NCBI RefSeq assembly: GCF_018350175.1
Contig: NC_058368.1
Location: 110,920,001-110,984,000, forward strand
DNA from: Felis catus
Lineage: Eukaryota
Length of the DNA stretch: 64,000 nucleotides
Direction: 5' to 3'
Below are positions 38,556 through 52,911 of the stretch, in pieces; the first letter of the stretch is position 1; every line of letters starts with the position of its first letter. The notes beneath the pieces were generated by a model, which saw only the letters and a list, made by a program, of their open reading frames with translations, searched no databases and was not told where the DNA came from. Both the position numbers and the translations under genes were made by a program.

Positions 38556-40487
38556 TTATATAAAGTATTTTATCTTTAATGTACCAGTTAATCAATTAAT
38601 TTACGTGCTAACTACAGCATAAATAAGTTATTAAAAATGCATGTGTGCCAAGAGATGGTACAATATTTATTTAATACAAATGGCTTCCTGGCAAAGATAA
38701 ATCTTCCAAAAATTTTGGCATGGGAATTTACTATATAAAACTTTTAGAAAACTTTACTCAATAAAATTATTTTTTTAATTTTCATAAATGTATTATTCTT
38801 TCCAAGGAAAACCCAAACCATTTTGTCCTTTTTGTGTTTCTTCAAAGTAACAGTACTTAAAAGATGAACTAATTAGTTTCTGAAATCTTAGTCTAGATAA
38901 ATATTTTTAGTACAAAATGTAACAGAATACATCAATATTGAAGGGGGATGATTTTGGTTTTAGTTTGATTTTTTTATGTTACTTATTTTTTAATAGAAAA
39001 CCATTCACATGGCTCAAAACGTAAAAGGCTGTATTGAAAAGTCTCCTTCCTACCCTGCCCCTGAGTTGCACAGTTCCCCTCCCTGAAGCAGCTATTATTA
39101 TCACTTTGGAGAAATTTTATTTTATTTATTTTTTTAAGTGGCTGTACACAGAATTGGGTCTTGAACTCACCCCCCAAGTTCAAAAGTCACATCCTCCACC
39201 AACTGAGCCAGCCAGGTGTCCCCTAGTTTGTGGAAACTTTAAAATACCATTCCATGAGTAAATTCTTCCCTAGTTCAACCCAATCTTGACAGGGCTGGGC
39301 AGGGCACATGTCTAGTAAAGGGGAGTGTGAAGAGACGAAGAAAATAAACAGTGTGATTCATTTGGCTGAATAAGAAAATGTCATACTTCTGCCAAAACTC
39401 CTTTCATTGCAGAAGGCTCTGTGAAAGGGAGAGGTCACTTATCAAAGGAAAAGGTCTTCTCCAAACATTTTCTGAGAATTCGATCATTGGAATTCAAGAA
39501 CTTTCACCCCATCATGCTAAAATCCTAGCATCTAAGTATCCAGGAGAAATCAACTTGGTCTATGGAGAAGTGATATAAAGCAACTTTGTAATTCAATAAC
39601 TGGCACTTTTTTCATAAATGGATTTTCAATATACCTCTTTACATTTTTTATTTTATATTAAAATTCTTAAAATGCTTCAAGTTCTAAGTACTCTAAAGGA
39701 TTCTTTCTTCTTTGCCTTTTTCTATTATAGTATATCTTCAATGGCAGTTCCTGGAACTTTCCATGCCTAGTCTTAAATTCATCACATTTTCAAATGATGT
39801 CCATATTTTCTGACCTCACATCCAAAGACCAACTGAATGACTCTGCAATTAAAGAAAAAATTCTTCTTTCAAAGCCCAAATAGAAAACAGTGGGTTTTCT
39901 TTTAAAGAAATACAGCTGATTTATAAATATACACTGTCATTATATGTTACATATACAATGTTGGACACAGAAGGACTAGAGGCATGGTCCCTACGTTCCA
40001 GAAATTTCCATTTTGGTAGGGAGAATATGACAACAGGGACTGCAATAGAGAATAAATAAAGCAGAGGGAAAAAAATCATTCGGGAAATAAATGCCAACTA
40101 TAACATATAGATCAGAGAAGCTGTCAGAAGAGGAAAAACCAGACTATTCTGAGTCAGGGGTCCAAATGGGAATAAAGTTAAACAGTACTGATTGTTTATT
40201 TACTATCTTCTGGCCTATGATTGCCATTGAAAATGTGTGTAAAGAGCTTAGCATACTGCATAGGACATAGTAACTGTAATGAATGTTAACTACAATTATT
40301 TTTATTACAATTTTCATCATAACACCTGTGAGCCTACCATATACCTAGTCAATAGCGAGGAACTCAGTAAAGTTTTTGTTAAATTGAATTTTCTGTGTGT
40401 GTAACATTAACCTATGCAGCAATTCTCATGCTACTAAAACTTCCTAATATAAAACACTATAAAGTCCATAATCACTCAACATGCTTA

Positions 40488-40577
<90 letters not shown>

Positions 40578-42169
40578 CTAGAAAATGAAAAAAAAAAAGA
40601 TTCTAACATTAATAAGTTTCTAACAGGGCTCTATAAGGTAAAAATTAAATTGACCTATGTAGAAGTTAATTACCCAGAGCTAAAAAGATTCTTAAGAAGA
40701 TGGAATTAGACCTTAGAAATTTCTGACAGTGAGTTCTGACCATTTATTTCCGTAAGAAATTTGTACTTGTAAAGCATTATTGCAGGTTAAACATCCTATG
40801 ATTCTAGCCAAAACAGAAGTCGGTTTGTTTCAGCTGCAATTAGCAGAAATTAATTTGTTCTTTTTGATCCTCTTATCAGCACCATAAGGTGAAAAGTTCA
40901 TGGATTATTATTTCCCTTTTACAGTACTAGAAGCATAATTAGTGATTTACCATATGAGGATTTTAACTCATTGTCTGAATCCTAATCCAGTGCTCTTCCT
41001 ATAATACAACTTCACAAACCTTCAAGCACTCAAATCTTTCAATAATCCATTATAAGAACAACTCTTTTCTCTTACCCTATTTTGAGAATATTTCAACTGA
41101 ATAGAGATTTAAAAAAAAAACCCACAAAACAAAAATAGGTGATAGAAGTAATAGTTTTAAAAATAAGTTGAAAGGAGCCTGGGTAGCTCAGTGGGTTAAG
41201 CATCCAGCTTCGCTCAGGTCATGATCTCATGGCTCATGGGCTTGAGTCCCTCACTAGGCTCTGTGCTGACAGCTCAGAGCCTGGAGCCTACTTCAAATTC
41301 TGTGTCTCCCTCTCTCACTGCCCCTCCCCTGCTCATACTCTGTCTCTCTCTCTGTGTCTCTCTCTCAAATATAAATAAATATTTTTTAAAAATTAATCAT
41401 TTAAAAATAAGTTGAACATAAGAAATCTTTATATGGTTGTAAATAGAAGATATTTTTAACCAAAATATTAATGATAGAATTTGAATAAAATTCATTTGCA
41501 TCATAATTTTCATTCTTCCTTTTAAAAAAGGCAAAGAATAATAATAATTGGTAACTTTTATTGATGTTTACTGTGTGCCACACAACATTCCACCTAGCTT
41601 TTTCCTATTATTTGATCCCAGCAACAACCCTACAAGGTATATATTATTACTCCCATTGCACAGATAAAGAGACTGAGGCCCAGAGAAATCAATTTGTCTA
41701 AGATCTAATAAATAAAAGTGTAATTAAAATCCAGAAAAACCAAGGTAATTGAATATAATATTACCTTTTCATTTATGTCCAAATATGTATGTTTAAAGTG
41801 ATTCACAAAAAAAAGTTGTAAAGATCTGCTATACAACAATAAGAATATAGCTAACGTATAGCTATACTATACGTTTTGAAATTTGGTAAGAGGGTAGATT
41901 TCATATTATGCATTTTTTACTGTAATAAAAATATATTGAGTCACAAAGCAAAACTGAATTCATTATCCACTTTATGATGCGGGAATACCCATACCCTTAA
42001 AACTGCAACTAGTTAAAAATATATACTTATTTTAGAGTGTAACAGTAATCTGTCAATAAAATTTATTAAGAAAAATGTTAAAAAGTCTGCCCAAGTCATA
42101 GCCTATTAGAGGTAGACTAAATTAGTCCTTCTCTGAATAATATAACCAGAAAATTTAAATCTATGCCCT

Positions 42170-42454
42170 AGTTTGGAAAATGTAAAATATGATACTTTGA
42201 GAAACAGACTGGCAGTTTCATTAAAAATCAAACATACACATGGGGCGCCTGGGTGGCGCAGTCGGTTAAGCGTCCGACTTCAGCCAGGTCACGATCTCGC
42301 GGTCTGTGAGTTCGAGCCCCGCGTCGGGCTCTGGGCTGATGGCTCGGAGCCTGGAGCCTGTTTCCGATTCTGTGTCTCCCTCTCTCTCTGCCCCTCCCCC
42401 GTTCATGCTCTGTCTCTCTCTGTCCCAAAAATAAATAAAAAACGTTGAAAAAAA

Positions 42455-42494
<40 letters not shown>

Positions 42495-43040
42495 AACATA
42501 CACATACCTTAAACCCACCCACCGTTTCAGTCTTAGATATTTACTCAAGAGAATAAAACTATACATCTACACAAAGACATATACATGAATGTTCATAGCA
42601 ATTTTATTTGTAACAGCCAAAAATAGGAAACAACCCAAAACAAGGGAATAGATTAATAATTGCTACAGATCCATACAATGGACTACTACTCAGCAATAAA
42701 AAGGAATCCACTACTGATACACACAAAGCCATGAATGAATCTCTAAACCATAATGCTGAGTTGAAGAGTACATACTATGTAATTCCATGTATATATATTC
42801 TAGAAAATGTGAACTAATCTACAGTGACAGAAAGCAACTCAGAGGTTGTCTGGGAACTGAAATGATGGGAAAGATAGATTGTAAAAGGACAAAAGGACAT
42901 TTTGTAGGGTGATGGAAATGTTAGATATCTTGATTGTGGTGGTGGTTTCATAGGTGTATACACCTATCAAAACTCATCAAATTGCAAATTTTAAGTATGT
43001 GTAGTTTACTGTATATAAATTATGTCACAATAAAGTTGCT
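42170..43040 (+). mobile_element. Old L1 3' end (L1ME/MC-like)
   Basis: gaatgttcatagcaattttatttgtaacagccaaaa..ggaaacaaccc, ggtgatggaaatgtt, aaaactcatcaaattg. Confidence 0.75.
42242..42486 (+). mobile_element. Very young CanSINE (SINEC_Fc type) with long poly(A)
   Basis: 19-bp TSD aaaaatcaaacatacacat. Pure A run at 42460-42491. Confidence 0.96.
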
Positions 43041-45269
43041 TACAAAATTTAAATCTAGGAAATGATACATGCTTTGCCCAAATATTAAGATGTATTTTAA
43101 AGCTGCAATAGTCGGGGCACCTGACTGGCTCAGTCAGTGGAGCATGTTACTCTTGATCTCAGGGTTCTGAGTCAAAGTCATATGTTGAGTATAGAGATTA
43201 CTTAAAAATAAAACCTAAAATAAAATAAAAGTGGGAAGGAGTAATTAAAAACAAAAATAAAGTTACAATAATCAATTAAACTGGTACTTACACTAGACTA
43301 AAGAAAGAAATCAATGAAATAGAAACAGACCCAAGCATGTATAAGTATTTTGTCTATGATAAATGTGGCAAACCAAGTCACAGGATTATTCAAGTTGAAG
43401 AAAAATATTTACAACATATATGATAAAGACTAATATGCTTATTACTTCACAAATCTATATGAAAAAAGATGGTCTAATTGACAGTTTAATCATTCTTAAA
43501 TATTGTTTATATTATTTCTATAGATTTATATTATATATTATATACTAATAATTTTTCATTATTATGGCCAATTTATATTGTATTATATTAATAATAAAGG
43601 TAATATATTCAACCTTTCCTGTAATCATATAACTGCAACTAAAAAAAAGATGCTATTTTAAACTTATTAAATCGGCAAATATTTTGTAATGCCTGGCTGG
43701 CTCAGTCAGGGAGTATGTGACCCCTGATCTTGAGGTTATGAGTTTGAGCGCCACATTGAATATAGGCGTTACTTTTGAAAAATAGGCAAATAGAAGAATG
43801 TGGGTGTCTCAGTCAGTCGAGCATCAGACTCTTGATTTTGGCTCAGGTCATGATCCCAGGGTTGTGGGATCGAGCCCCATGTCAGGCTCCACACTGGGTA
43901 TGGAACCTGCTTAAGATTCTCTCTCCCTCTCTCGTTGCCCCTCCCCTGCTCATGCTCTCTCTCTCTTAAAATAATAAATAAACATTTTTTAAACAATAAA
44001 AAATAGGCAAATATTTTAAAAACTGTAATATCCAATGTTAGATTGAGAGTGGGAATTTATATCCAATGCTGCTTGGGAGTACTTGAGTATAAATCAGTAA
44101 AACCTTTCTGGGGGAAAATATAGAACAATATATCAAAACTTCTGAAAAATGGGGCGCTTGGGTGGCTCAGTCGGTTAAGCAGCCGATCTCAGCTCGGGTC
44201 ATGATCTCACGTTTCATGGATTCGAGCCCTACATCAGGCTCTGTGCTGACAGCTCAGAGCCTGGAGCCTGCTTTGGATTCTGTGTCTCCTTCTCTCTCTG
44301 TTCCCCCCCCCCCCCCCACTCATGCTCTGTCTCTGACTCTCTCCCTCAAAAATAAACATTAAAAAAAATCTTTTTTTTTAATTCTGAAAAAGTGTAAACC
44401 CTGTGGCCCGCTAATCATAATTCTAGGAATTTATCCTAAAAAATAATAAAATAAGTTCAAAAAGACATATTTAAAAGATGTTCACTAGGCTGCCTGGGTG
44501 GCTTAGTCACGTGAGCATCTGACTGTTAATTTTGGCTCAAGTTATGATCTCATGGTTTCAGGGGAATCCAGCCCCACACTGGGCTCTGTGCTGATGGTGG
44601 GAAGCCCGCTTGGGTTTCTTTCTCTCCCTCTCTCTGCCTCTCCCCTGCTCATACTTTCTTGCTCTCAAAATAAATAAATATTTCAAAATTAATTAATTAA
44701 TTAATTCAATAAAAGACATTCACTAAAGCATCTTTACCGATAGTGACAGAGAAAACCTGAAAACAAATGTTCAAAATTGTAGGATCAGTTAAACAAACTA
44801 TATTATAGTCATACAGTGGAATACCATGTAACCATTGAAAATTATGATATAGTTCCATATTTACTGAGATGGTTACATAACAAACAGGTCACACAACACT
44901 GTGTGAAGTATGACATCTTTTAAAAAGCATAAATTTCTATGCATGTATTTGGTTGACAAAAGCCTAGAAGTATGTAAATCAAAATATCAACAGTAATTTT
45001 TCCAGATTGTGGGAAAACCTTAACTTCTCCTTTTTGTTTATCATGTATTTTCTACTTTTTCTATAATCATTACGTATTCTTTGTAGAATTAAAACTATGA
45101 TATATAAAATAAATTCAATTGAAAATGTAGTAAATAAATCTGATTCTTACGAAATTCTAGTTCTCTCCAGATACCAATGAAATCATTTTTTCCTTTAAAA
45201 ATAGTCTTTAGATGTTACATATCATACGGTTAGTAAGTTTACCTAAATAGCAAAAGCAACAATTAATAT

Positions 45270-45500
45270 TAACATTTGTTGATAGTTTATCAAAGGCCCT
45301 GTGCTCAGAACATTTTCACCATTACCTCATTTAATTCTGCAGCCCCAGAAAATGAAGACTGTTAAAGCTGTTTTATAGCCCAGTAAACTGGGGCACAGAG
45401 ATTAAGTGACTTTCCCAAGGTTACAGAGCTAATTAGTGACACAGCTGAGTTTTAGTCTATGTGATTCCAGAGCCCCTTCTGATAAACACTACACCATATT
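45270..45500. mobile_element. MIR; further MIR pieces at about 22010-22080, 41560-41720, 46960-47110 and 53700-53840
   Basis: MIR core aaactggggcacagagattaagtgactttcccaaggttacagagcta. Confidence 0.75.
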
Positions 45501-46148
45501 TGCTTTGAAATTTAGGTAACCACTTTTTTTAAAGGGCTATACATCAGAAATAAGATACCTCACTTGACCTGGGAAAGGAAATTGGCTGGATAGAAAAAAT
45601 AAACAGAAGCAGATTTAACTTTCCACAGTAAATTCTCTAACTTTTTGAATTTTGTACTGAGTATATTGGCATATTTATTACCGAGTTTAAAATAAAATTT
45701 AAATTTTAAAATAATTAGAAAGTGCTATACAGTATAATGTTTTTGTTTTCTTCAAATTCAGGGTGAATTTATAAAATTAAAACTGCAGCTGCCAATGCCT
45801 TGTAGATATCTTACGATACCAGTGTACAAGGAGCAGATCCCTAACTTGGGTAGACTGGCTGTTAAAAGGTGGTGATAAACACTGCAAGTCCTTTGAATTT
45901 TTCCAGTTTATCCCTAATTATCATTAAAATTGGGATAAACTAAAAATAATGGACAGGATTATCCTAGGGAGCTTTCAGTTTTATAGTCTATGAATTTTAA
46001 TTTCTCTGGACTAAAGACATAAAGACAGAAGAATATAGAAACTGTTAACAGTTAACATTACAAATCCTTTTGGAATTTCATTAAAGTAATATCCTAAAAC
46101 TGTATTATAATTTATGCAAATTTCCCCATAATATGTCCTTAATTCTTA

Positions 46149-46340
<192 letters not shown>

Positions 46341-46581
46341 CTAAAATCAAAATAAATTGCTATGTGACTTGCATTAAATTACTAAAAAGGGAGAATAACA
46401 ATTATGTTATTTTTTTAAGGTTGAAGAAAGCACTATCTGAATACAGCGTAAAAGTTCATAAGTTTCCCCAGTAATCTGTTGATAGCAGGTAAGCAGTAGA
46501 AAATTTAAAACCACCAGGTTCGTTTTCATTTCCCAAATTATAAGACATAATATATGATGCTATCAAGAAAAGCGCAAACTT

Positions 46582-46809
46582 GGGGCGCCTGGGTGGCGCA
46601 GTCGGTTAAGCGTCCGACTTCAGCCAGGTCACGATCTCGCGGTCCGTGAGTTCGAGCCCCGCGTCAGGCTCTGGGCTGATGGTTCGGAGCCTGGAGCCTG
46701 TTTCCGATTCTGTGTCTCCCTCTCTCTCTGCCCCTCCCCCGTTCATGCTCTGTCTCTCTCTGTCCCAAAAATAAATAAACGTTGAAAAAAAAAATTAAAA
46801 AAAAAAAAA
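46582..46809 (+). mobile_element. Young CanSINE (SINEC_Fc type), antisense in CDKL3 intron 5
   Basis: 17-bp TSD aagaaaagcgcaaactt. CpGs intact. Confidence 0.96.
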
Positions 46810-48124
46810 AAGAAAAGCGCAAACTTTTACATATTTCCATATGGGCATCTAAATAGCTTAACCAACAAGTGTTCGTCAGCAAAGCCTTACTCAAAACAGC
46901 TAAAATATCTAAATTATTTAGAAATAGCAATATTGCAAAGAAGAAACAAGGCTATGGAGTAGTAGTAGAATGGAAAGAACCATAAACAGCAGTGGAGAAA
47001 GCTAAGTTCTAGCGCCAGTTTTGCTATAACTAGGGCTGTGCACTTGGGCAAATCTCTTTCCTTTCTATGCTTCAGTTTCCTTATCTGTAAAAGGACAAAA
47101 GTAATCCTATCATCTCTAGGGTTTTTTTCTAACATTAATCTAATAACGAGAACTTTAAAGATGATCCAAAAAAGTATGATGCTCTAAGACTCTGAACTAA
47201 ATCTTTAATTAATATTTATCCAGATTTCATGATTTTTATGGTTGCTCACAGTATCTTCTTCATGATCTGTAATTACATGTTTATGTATAGCCTCTCTACC
47301 ACAAAAGGGGCTCCTCAAACTCCTCATTCAAAAATATATAAAAAAACAAATCATTGAAACTCCTTGAGCAAGGCTAACCATCAAAATGTTTGGATAGTCA
47401 AGGCAGATCATCATAATTCAGCTCTCATCAAGTGTATTTTTAATTACTTTTTTAATTTAATAAAAAATTAATGTTTATTTATTTTTGAGAGAGAGGCAGA
47501 GACAGAGTGCAAGCAGGGGAAGGACAGAGAGAAAGACACAGAATCTGAAGCAGGCTCCAAGTTCTGAGCCATCAGGCACAGAGCCCACCAAAGGGCTTGA
47601 ACTCACAAATTGTGAGATCATGACCTGGGCTGAAGTCAGACGCTTAACCAACTGAGCCACCCAGGCACCCCTCAGCAAATGTATTTTTGAATAAGTTATA
47701 TAGGTACCTGGTTATTTATTGTGGCTAAAAAAAAAAAAAAATTCTCAGTAACTTTCTATCTCCAACTACTTTAAAAGACATCTAAATCAACTCTATTATT
47801 TAAAAGTCCTCTTTCAGAGATGCAAATATTTGTAGAAGCCAAAACTTTAGAACAACTTTCAGACAATTTGAAGTAGTTTCCTACTGTACTATTTTTCTTA
47901 CTATCAATCATTAGCAAATGTCTTAGCTACTTACATCCTAGCAAAGAAAATATTATTTACAAAAACAGAGAATTTTCTACTTTCTTTATCAGCCCAAGGC
48001 TTCCACTTGCTGCCATCTACCAAAACAATATGCTTCCCTGTTCTTATAAAGAAAAAACTGAATCTGAATATCAAGCAGACGTGATCTGGCAATATCTATT
48101 TCAGGCATTTAACAGTATATTTCA

Positions 48125-48286
<162 letters not shown>

Positions 48287-50639
48287 TCATACCTTTTCTA
48301 AAAAAATTTTTAAATAAAGTTGCAGCCAAAGAAAAAAGAATAGTTAAGTGGTATCACTTATAAATTTTCACCTTAGTGTCATAACCCAACTTTAGGATAT
48401 ATATAAACATTATCACATTTTATTAATAATATTAAATAGCTTATATTTAAATCACATGAGAAGCCATGTAGTAGTCCAGATGAAAAGTAACTATAATTCT
48501 AAAATTGTTTCAAATACTTATATAAGGACATTATGATAAATGGTTTATTAATTAGAATAATTGAATACCAAAATCATCTTGTTTTTTAAGGAATATAAAA
48601 AATCTTAAATATTTTACCATTTACATTTACTTATCTTAAGGTGTTGTGAGTCATTCATAATTCCAACATTTTCCCATTAATCAGTTTTTCTTTTAAGTTT
48701 ACTTATTTATTTTGAGCAAGTGAGTGCAAGCAGGGGGAGGGGGCAGAGACAGAGAGAGAATCCCAAGCAGGGGCTAGGGGCTCCATCCCACAAACTGTCA
48801 TGACCTGAGCTAAGATTAAGAGTTGGACATTTAACCAACTGAGCCACCCAGGCGCCCCCGACATAACCAGTTTTTAAAAGATAGTTTATATTACGAAGAC
48901 TTTTAAACAGATAAAAAGCAGTCCTATCTCACATTCAGAAGAAATATAAACACTACAGTGAGGGGGTACCTGGGTGGCTCAGTTGGCTAAGTGTCCGACT
49001 TCAGCTCAGGTCATCATCTCGTGGTCTGTGAGTTCGAGCCCTGCATCGGGCTCTGTGCTGACAGCTCAGAGCCTGGAGCCTGCTTTGGATTCTGTGTCTC
49101 CCTCTCTTGCTCTGCCCCTCCTCCACTCATGCTCTGTCTCTCTCTCTGTGTCTCAAAACTAAAATAATAATAATAATAAAAATTTTTAAAAAATGCTACA
49201 GTAAGATATATCTTTCTCTAATCCAATTGATAAAAATTATAAGATTCAGTAACTGCTGTATCGGTGAAGCTATGGAAAATGAATACTCCCACGTACTGTT
49301 TTGGGAGTGTAAACTATACTTATTTGAAGGGAAAATTGGCAAAAGTTATCAAAATAAAAAATGTACATACTTTTGGGGCACCTGGGTGGCTCAGCTGGTT
49401 AAGCAACTCACTCTCAATTTTGGCTCAGGTCTTGATTGCATGGTTGTGAGATGGAGCCCTGCATTGAGCTCTGCACTGGGCACGGAGTCTACTTGAGATT
49501 CTCATTCTCCTTCTACCCCCCTCCCCAACTCCTGCTCATTCTCTCTCTCTCTCTCCCCTTCTCAAAAAAAGGAAAAAAAATGTACATACTTTTGACCAAC
49601 TTTATTCCTAGGAATTTATACAAAGATCTGCCCACCCTTGAACACAAAGATAAATGATAAAAGATAAATAATAAGCATTATTTGTGGTAGAAAAAAAATG
49701 GAAACAACCTAAACATCCATCAACAGAAGAAAGGCTATGTAAAATTTTGTATAATACACAACAAAATATTATTCACCTGTTTAAAAAGATAAGGTATGTG
49801 ATAATATAAAGTGATTCTGGGGTGCCTGGGTGGCTCAGTCAGTTAAGCATCCGACTATATATTTCAGCTTAGGTCATGATCTCACAACTCATGGAATCAA
49901 GCCCTGAGCCACTGCTTGGGATTCTCTCTCCTCTCTCTGCTCTTCCCCCTGCTCATATGCTTGCTCACTCGCTCTCTCTCAAAATGAATATTTAAAAAAA
50001 AAATTTTAATAAAAATTAAACAAAAATAAAGTGATCTCCAGGAGGGGCCCCTGAGTGGCTCAGGGGAAAGAGCATGCAACTCTTCATCTCAGGGTCTTGA
50101 CTTCAAGCCCCATGCTGGGTGAACAGATAAATAAATAAATATTTAAAAAAAATTTTTTTAAGTGATCTCCAAGATAAACTCTCAAGTGAAAAAAGCAAAA
50201 TTCAGTAAAGAAATCCTGGAAGATCTATATAAATGGAGAAATATTGTATATTCATGAATAGGAAGACTCAATATTGTCAAAATTTCAGTTCTTCCCAACT
50301 TGATCTATAGATTCGGTGCAATCCCAGTCAAAATCCAATTTGGATACCAACAAACTGATTCTAAAGTTTATATTGTTGGGATACTTGGGTGGCTCAGTCG
50401 GTTGAGCCTCCAACTTCAGCTCAGGTCATTATCTCGTGGTTCGTGAGTTCGAGCCCCATGTTGGGCTCTGTGCTGACAGCTCAGAGACTGAAGCCTGCTT
50501 TGGATTCTATGTCTCCCTCTCTCTCTGCCCCTCTGCCACTCACGCATGCGTGTTCTCTGTCTCTCTCTCTCTCTCTTTCTCAAAAATAAATAAATATTTA
50601 AAAATTTAAGTAATATTTAAATTTATATTGTTTATACAT

Positions 50640-51503
50640 AGTTTAAAAAGAGACACCATGCTCAAAATTGAGTCACTTGTGCTAAGCCCACATCACCAAA
50701 CTGAAGCTTAATACTTAACTTAATTTGTTTCAACTTATCCCAGAAATGGGATATTAAACTAGTCAGTCTGGAATTACCTGATCAGCACTCCTGAATGCTG
50801 CCTGAGTTTCTGCCAGACAGAACCCTGCCATTCTCTAAAGGAAGGTGAAAAATAATCTATTCTTTACTAGTAACTTCCTTGCCTTGCCCTCTTTTGCCTA
50901 TGTAAGTCTTTCTATTTTGTACAGCCCTTTGGTGTGCCTTTCTATCTGCTAGATGGAATGCTGCCTGATTCACAAATTGTTGAATAGAGCCATTGAAATT
51001 TTTTTAATGTTTTTTTAAATTTATTCTTGAGAGTGGGGCGCCTGGGTGGCGCAGTCGGTTAAGTGTCCGACTTCAGCCAGGTCACGATCTCACGGTCCGC
51101 GAGTTCGAGCCCCGCGTCGGGCTCTGGGCTGATGGCTCAGAGCCTGGAGCCTGTTTCCGATTCTGTGTCTCCCTCTCTCTCTGCCCCTCCCCCATTCATG
51201 CTCTGTCTCTCTCTGTCCCAAAAATAAATAAACATTGAAAAAAAAAATTAAAAAAAAATTTATTCTTGAGAGAGAGAGAGACAGAGCATGAGCGAGGGAG
51301 GGGCACAGAGAGAGCGGGACCCAGAATCCAAAGCAGGCTCCAGGCTCTGAGCTATCAGCACAGAGCCTGACGCAGGGCTTGAACCCACAAGCGGTGATAT
51401 CATGACTTGAGCCAAAGTCAGATGCTCAACCGACTGAGCCACCCAGGCACTCCGAGCCATTAAGATCTTTAACTTTTACTCAGCTGAATTTTGGTTTTTA
51501 ACA
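50640..51503 (+). mobile_element. ERV1-type solo LTR with two nested SINEs, inserted in L1
   Basis: LTR-like body ending ..gccattaagatctttaac..tttttaaca. L1 ORF2 sequence is collinear on both sides (ctaaagtttata | tggtaaggcaatagaccagaagagcc). Confidence 0.65.
51035..51255 (+). mobile_element. Young CanSINE inserted into the tail of an oppositely oriented older SINE (51259-51452)
   Basis: TSD aaatttattcttgagag on both sides. Confidence 0.93.
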
Positions 51504-51835
51504 ATATGGTAAGGCAATAGACCAGAAGAGCCAACATAATGTTGAAGAAGAACAAAGTCAGAGGAAAGATACCCCTTAACTTCAAGACATATTATAAAGC
51601 TACAATAATCAAGACACTGGTATTGGTGAAAGAATAAACAGATGAAGAGAACAGAATAGAGTCTAGAACTAGACTCACAAGAATAACTAAACTTTGACAG
51701 AGGAGAAAAGACGATTTAAACTGAACAAAGGAGAAAGGACAATCCAGTAGAGAAAGGAAAATCTTCAACAAATGATACTAGAACAACTAGACATCTATAT
51801 ATGGGGGGGGGGGGGGAAAGAAGCTAGACACAGAT

Positions 51836-52070
51836 CTTTTTTTTTTTTTTTTTTAATTTTTTTTTCCAACGTTTATTTATTTTTCAGACAGAGAGAGACA
51901 GAGCACGAACGGGGGAGGGGCAGAGAGAGAGGGAGACACAGAATCGGAAACAGGCTCCAGGCTCTGAGCCATCAGCCCAGAGCCCGACGCGGGGCTCGAA
52001 CTCACGGACCGCGAGATCGTGACCTGGCTGAAGTCGGACGCTTAACCGACTGCGCCACCCAGGCGCCCCG
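51836..52070 (-). mobile_element. Young CanSINE (SINEC_Fc type)
   Basis: TSD gaagctagacacagatctt. Confidence 0.95.
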
Positions 52071-52911
52071 AAGCTAGACACAGATCTTAACATTTTCACA
52101 AAAATTAACTCAGAATGGATCACAGATATAAAAATTATATACAAAACTATAAAACTTCTAGACAATAATATAGGAAAAAATCTAGATGATCTTGGGTTAG
52201 GTGATGAGTGTTTTTTTTAAGATTTTTAAAATGTTTTTTATTATTTTTGAGAAAGAGAGATATAGCATGACCGGGGGGGAGGGGGTGGGGGGCAAAGAGA
52301 GAGGGAGACACAGAATCCAAAGCAGTCTCCAGGCTCCAAGCTGTCAGCACAGAGCCCGATGTGGAACTTGAACTCAGGACTGTGAGATCATGACCTGATC
52401 TGAAGTCAGACGCTTAACCAACTGAGCCACCCAAGGTGCCCCTGAACTGTACAATTTAAATGGGTGAATTTTATGGTATGTGACTCATATCTCAAAAAAT
52501 TGTTGTAACAAAAGTGTAGATTAAACTAAGTAGATGCACTTATGGAAGTAGATAAAACTGTAAAGAAATACGAGGAACTGAATATAATAAAAATCAACAA
52601 GATGGTTACTTTTGGGATAAGGGAGAGTGATAAAATTGGAACAGGGAACATGGAGGGCCTTCAGGGGAGCAGAAAAATTCTATTTTTTTATTCAAGTGTA
52701 ATTAATATATATTAGTTTCAAGTGTATAATGTGATTCAACAATCCTATACACTATACACTACTCATTGCTCATCATAAGTGTTTCTTAATCCCCTTCACC
52801 TATTTCAACCAACCCTTAACTCCAAAATTCTATTTTTTGATCTGTTGCTAAGACTGTACATTTGTTGTGCTGGATTTTTTGTATCTCTGTGTTGTTTCAC
52901 AATAAAACGAT

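Larger units (their letters stand above)
50205..52500 (+). mobile_element. Old L1 ORF2 3' fragment
   Basis: ggaagactcaatattgtcaa, ttcaagacatattataaagctacaataatcaagaca, aaaaattaactcagaatggatcacaga. Confidence 0.8.
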
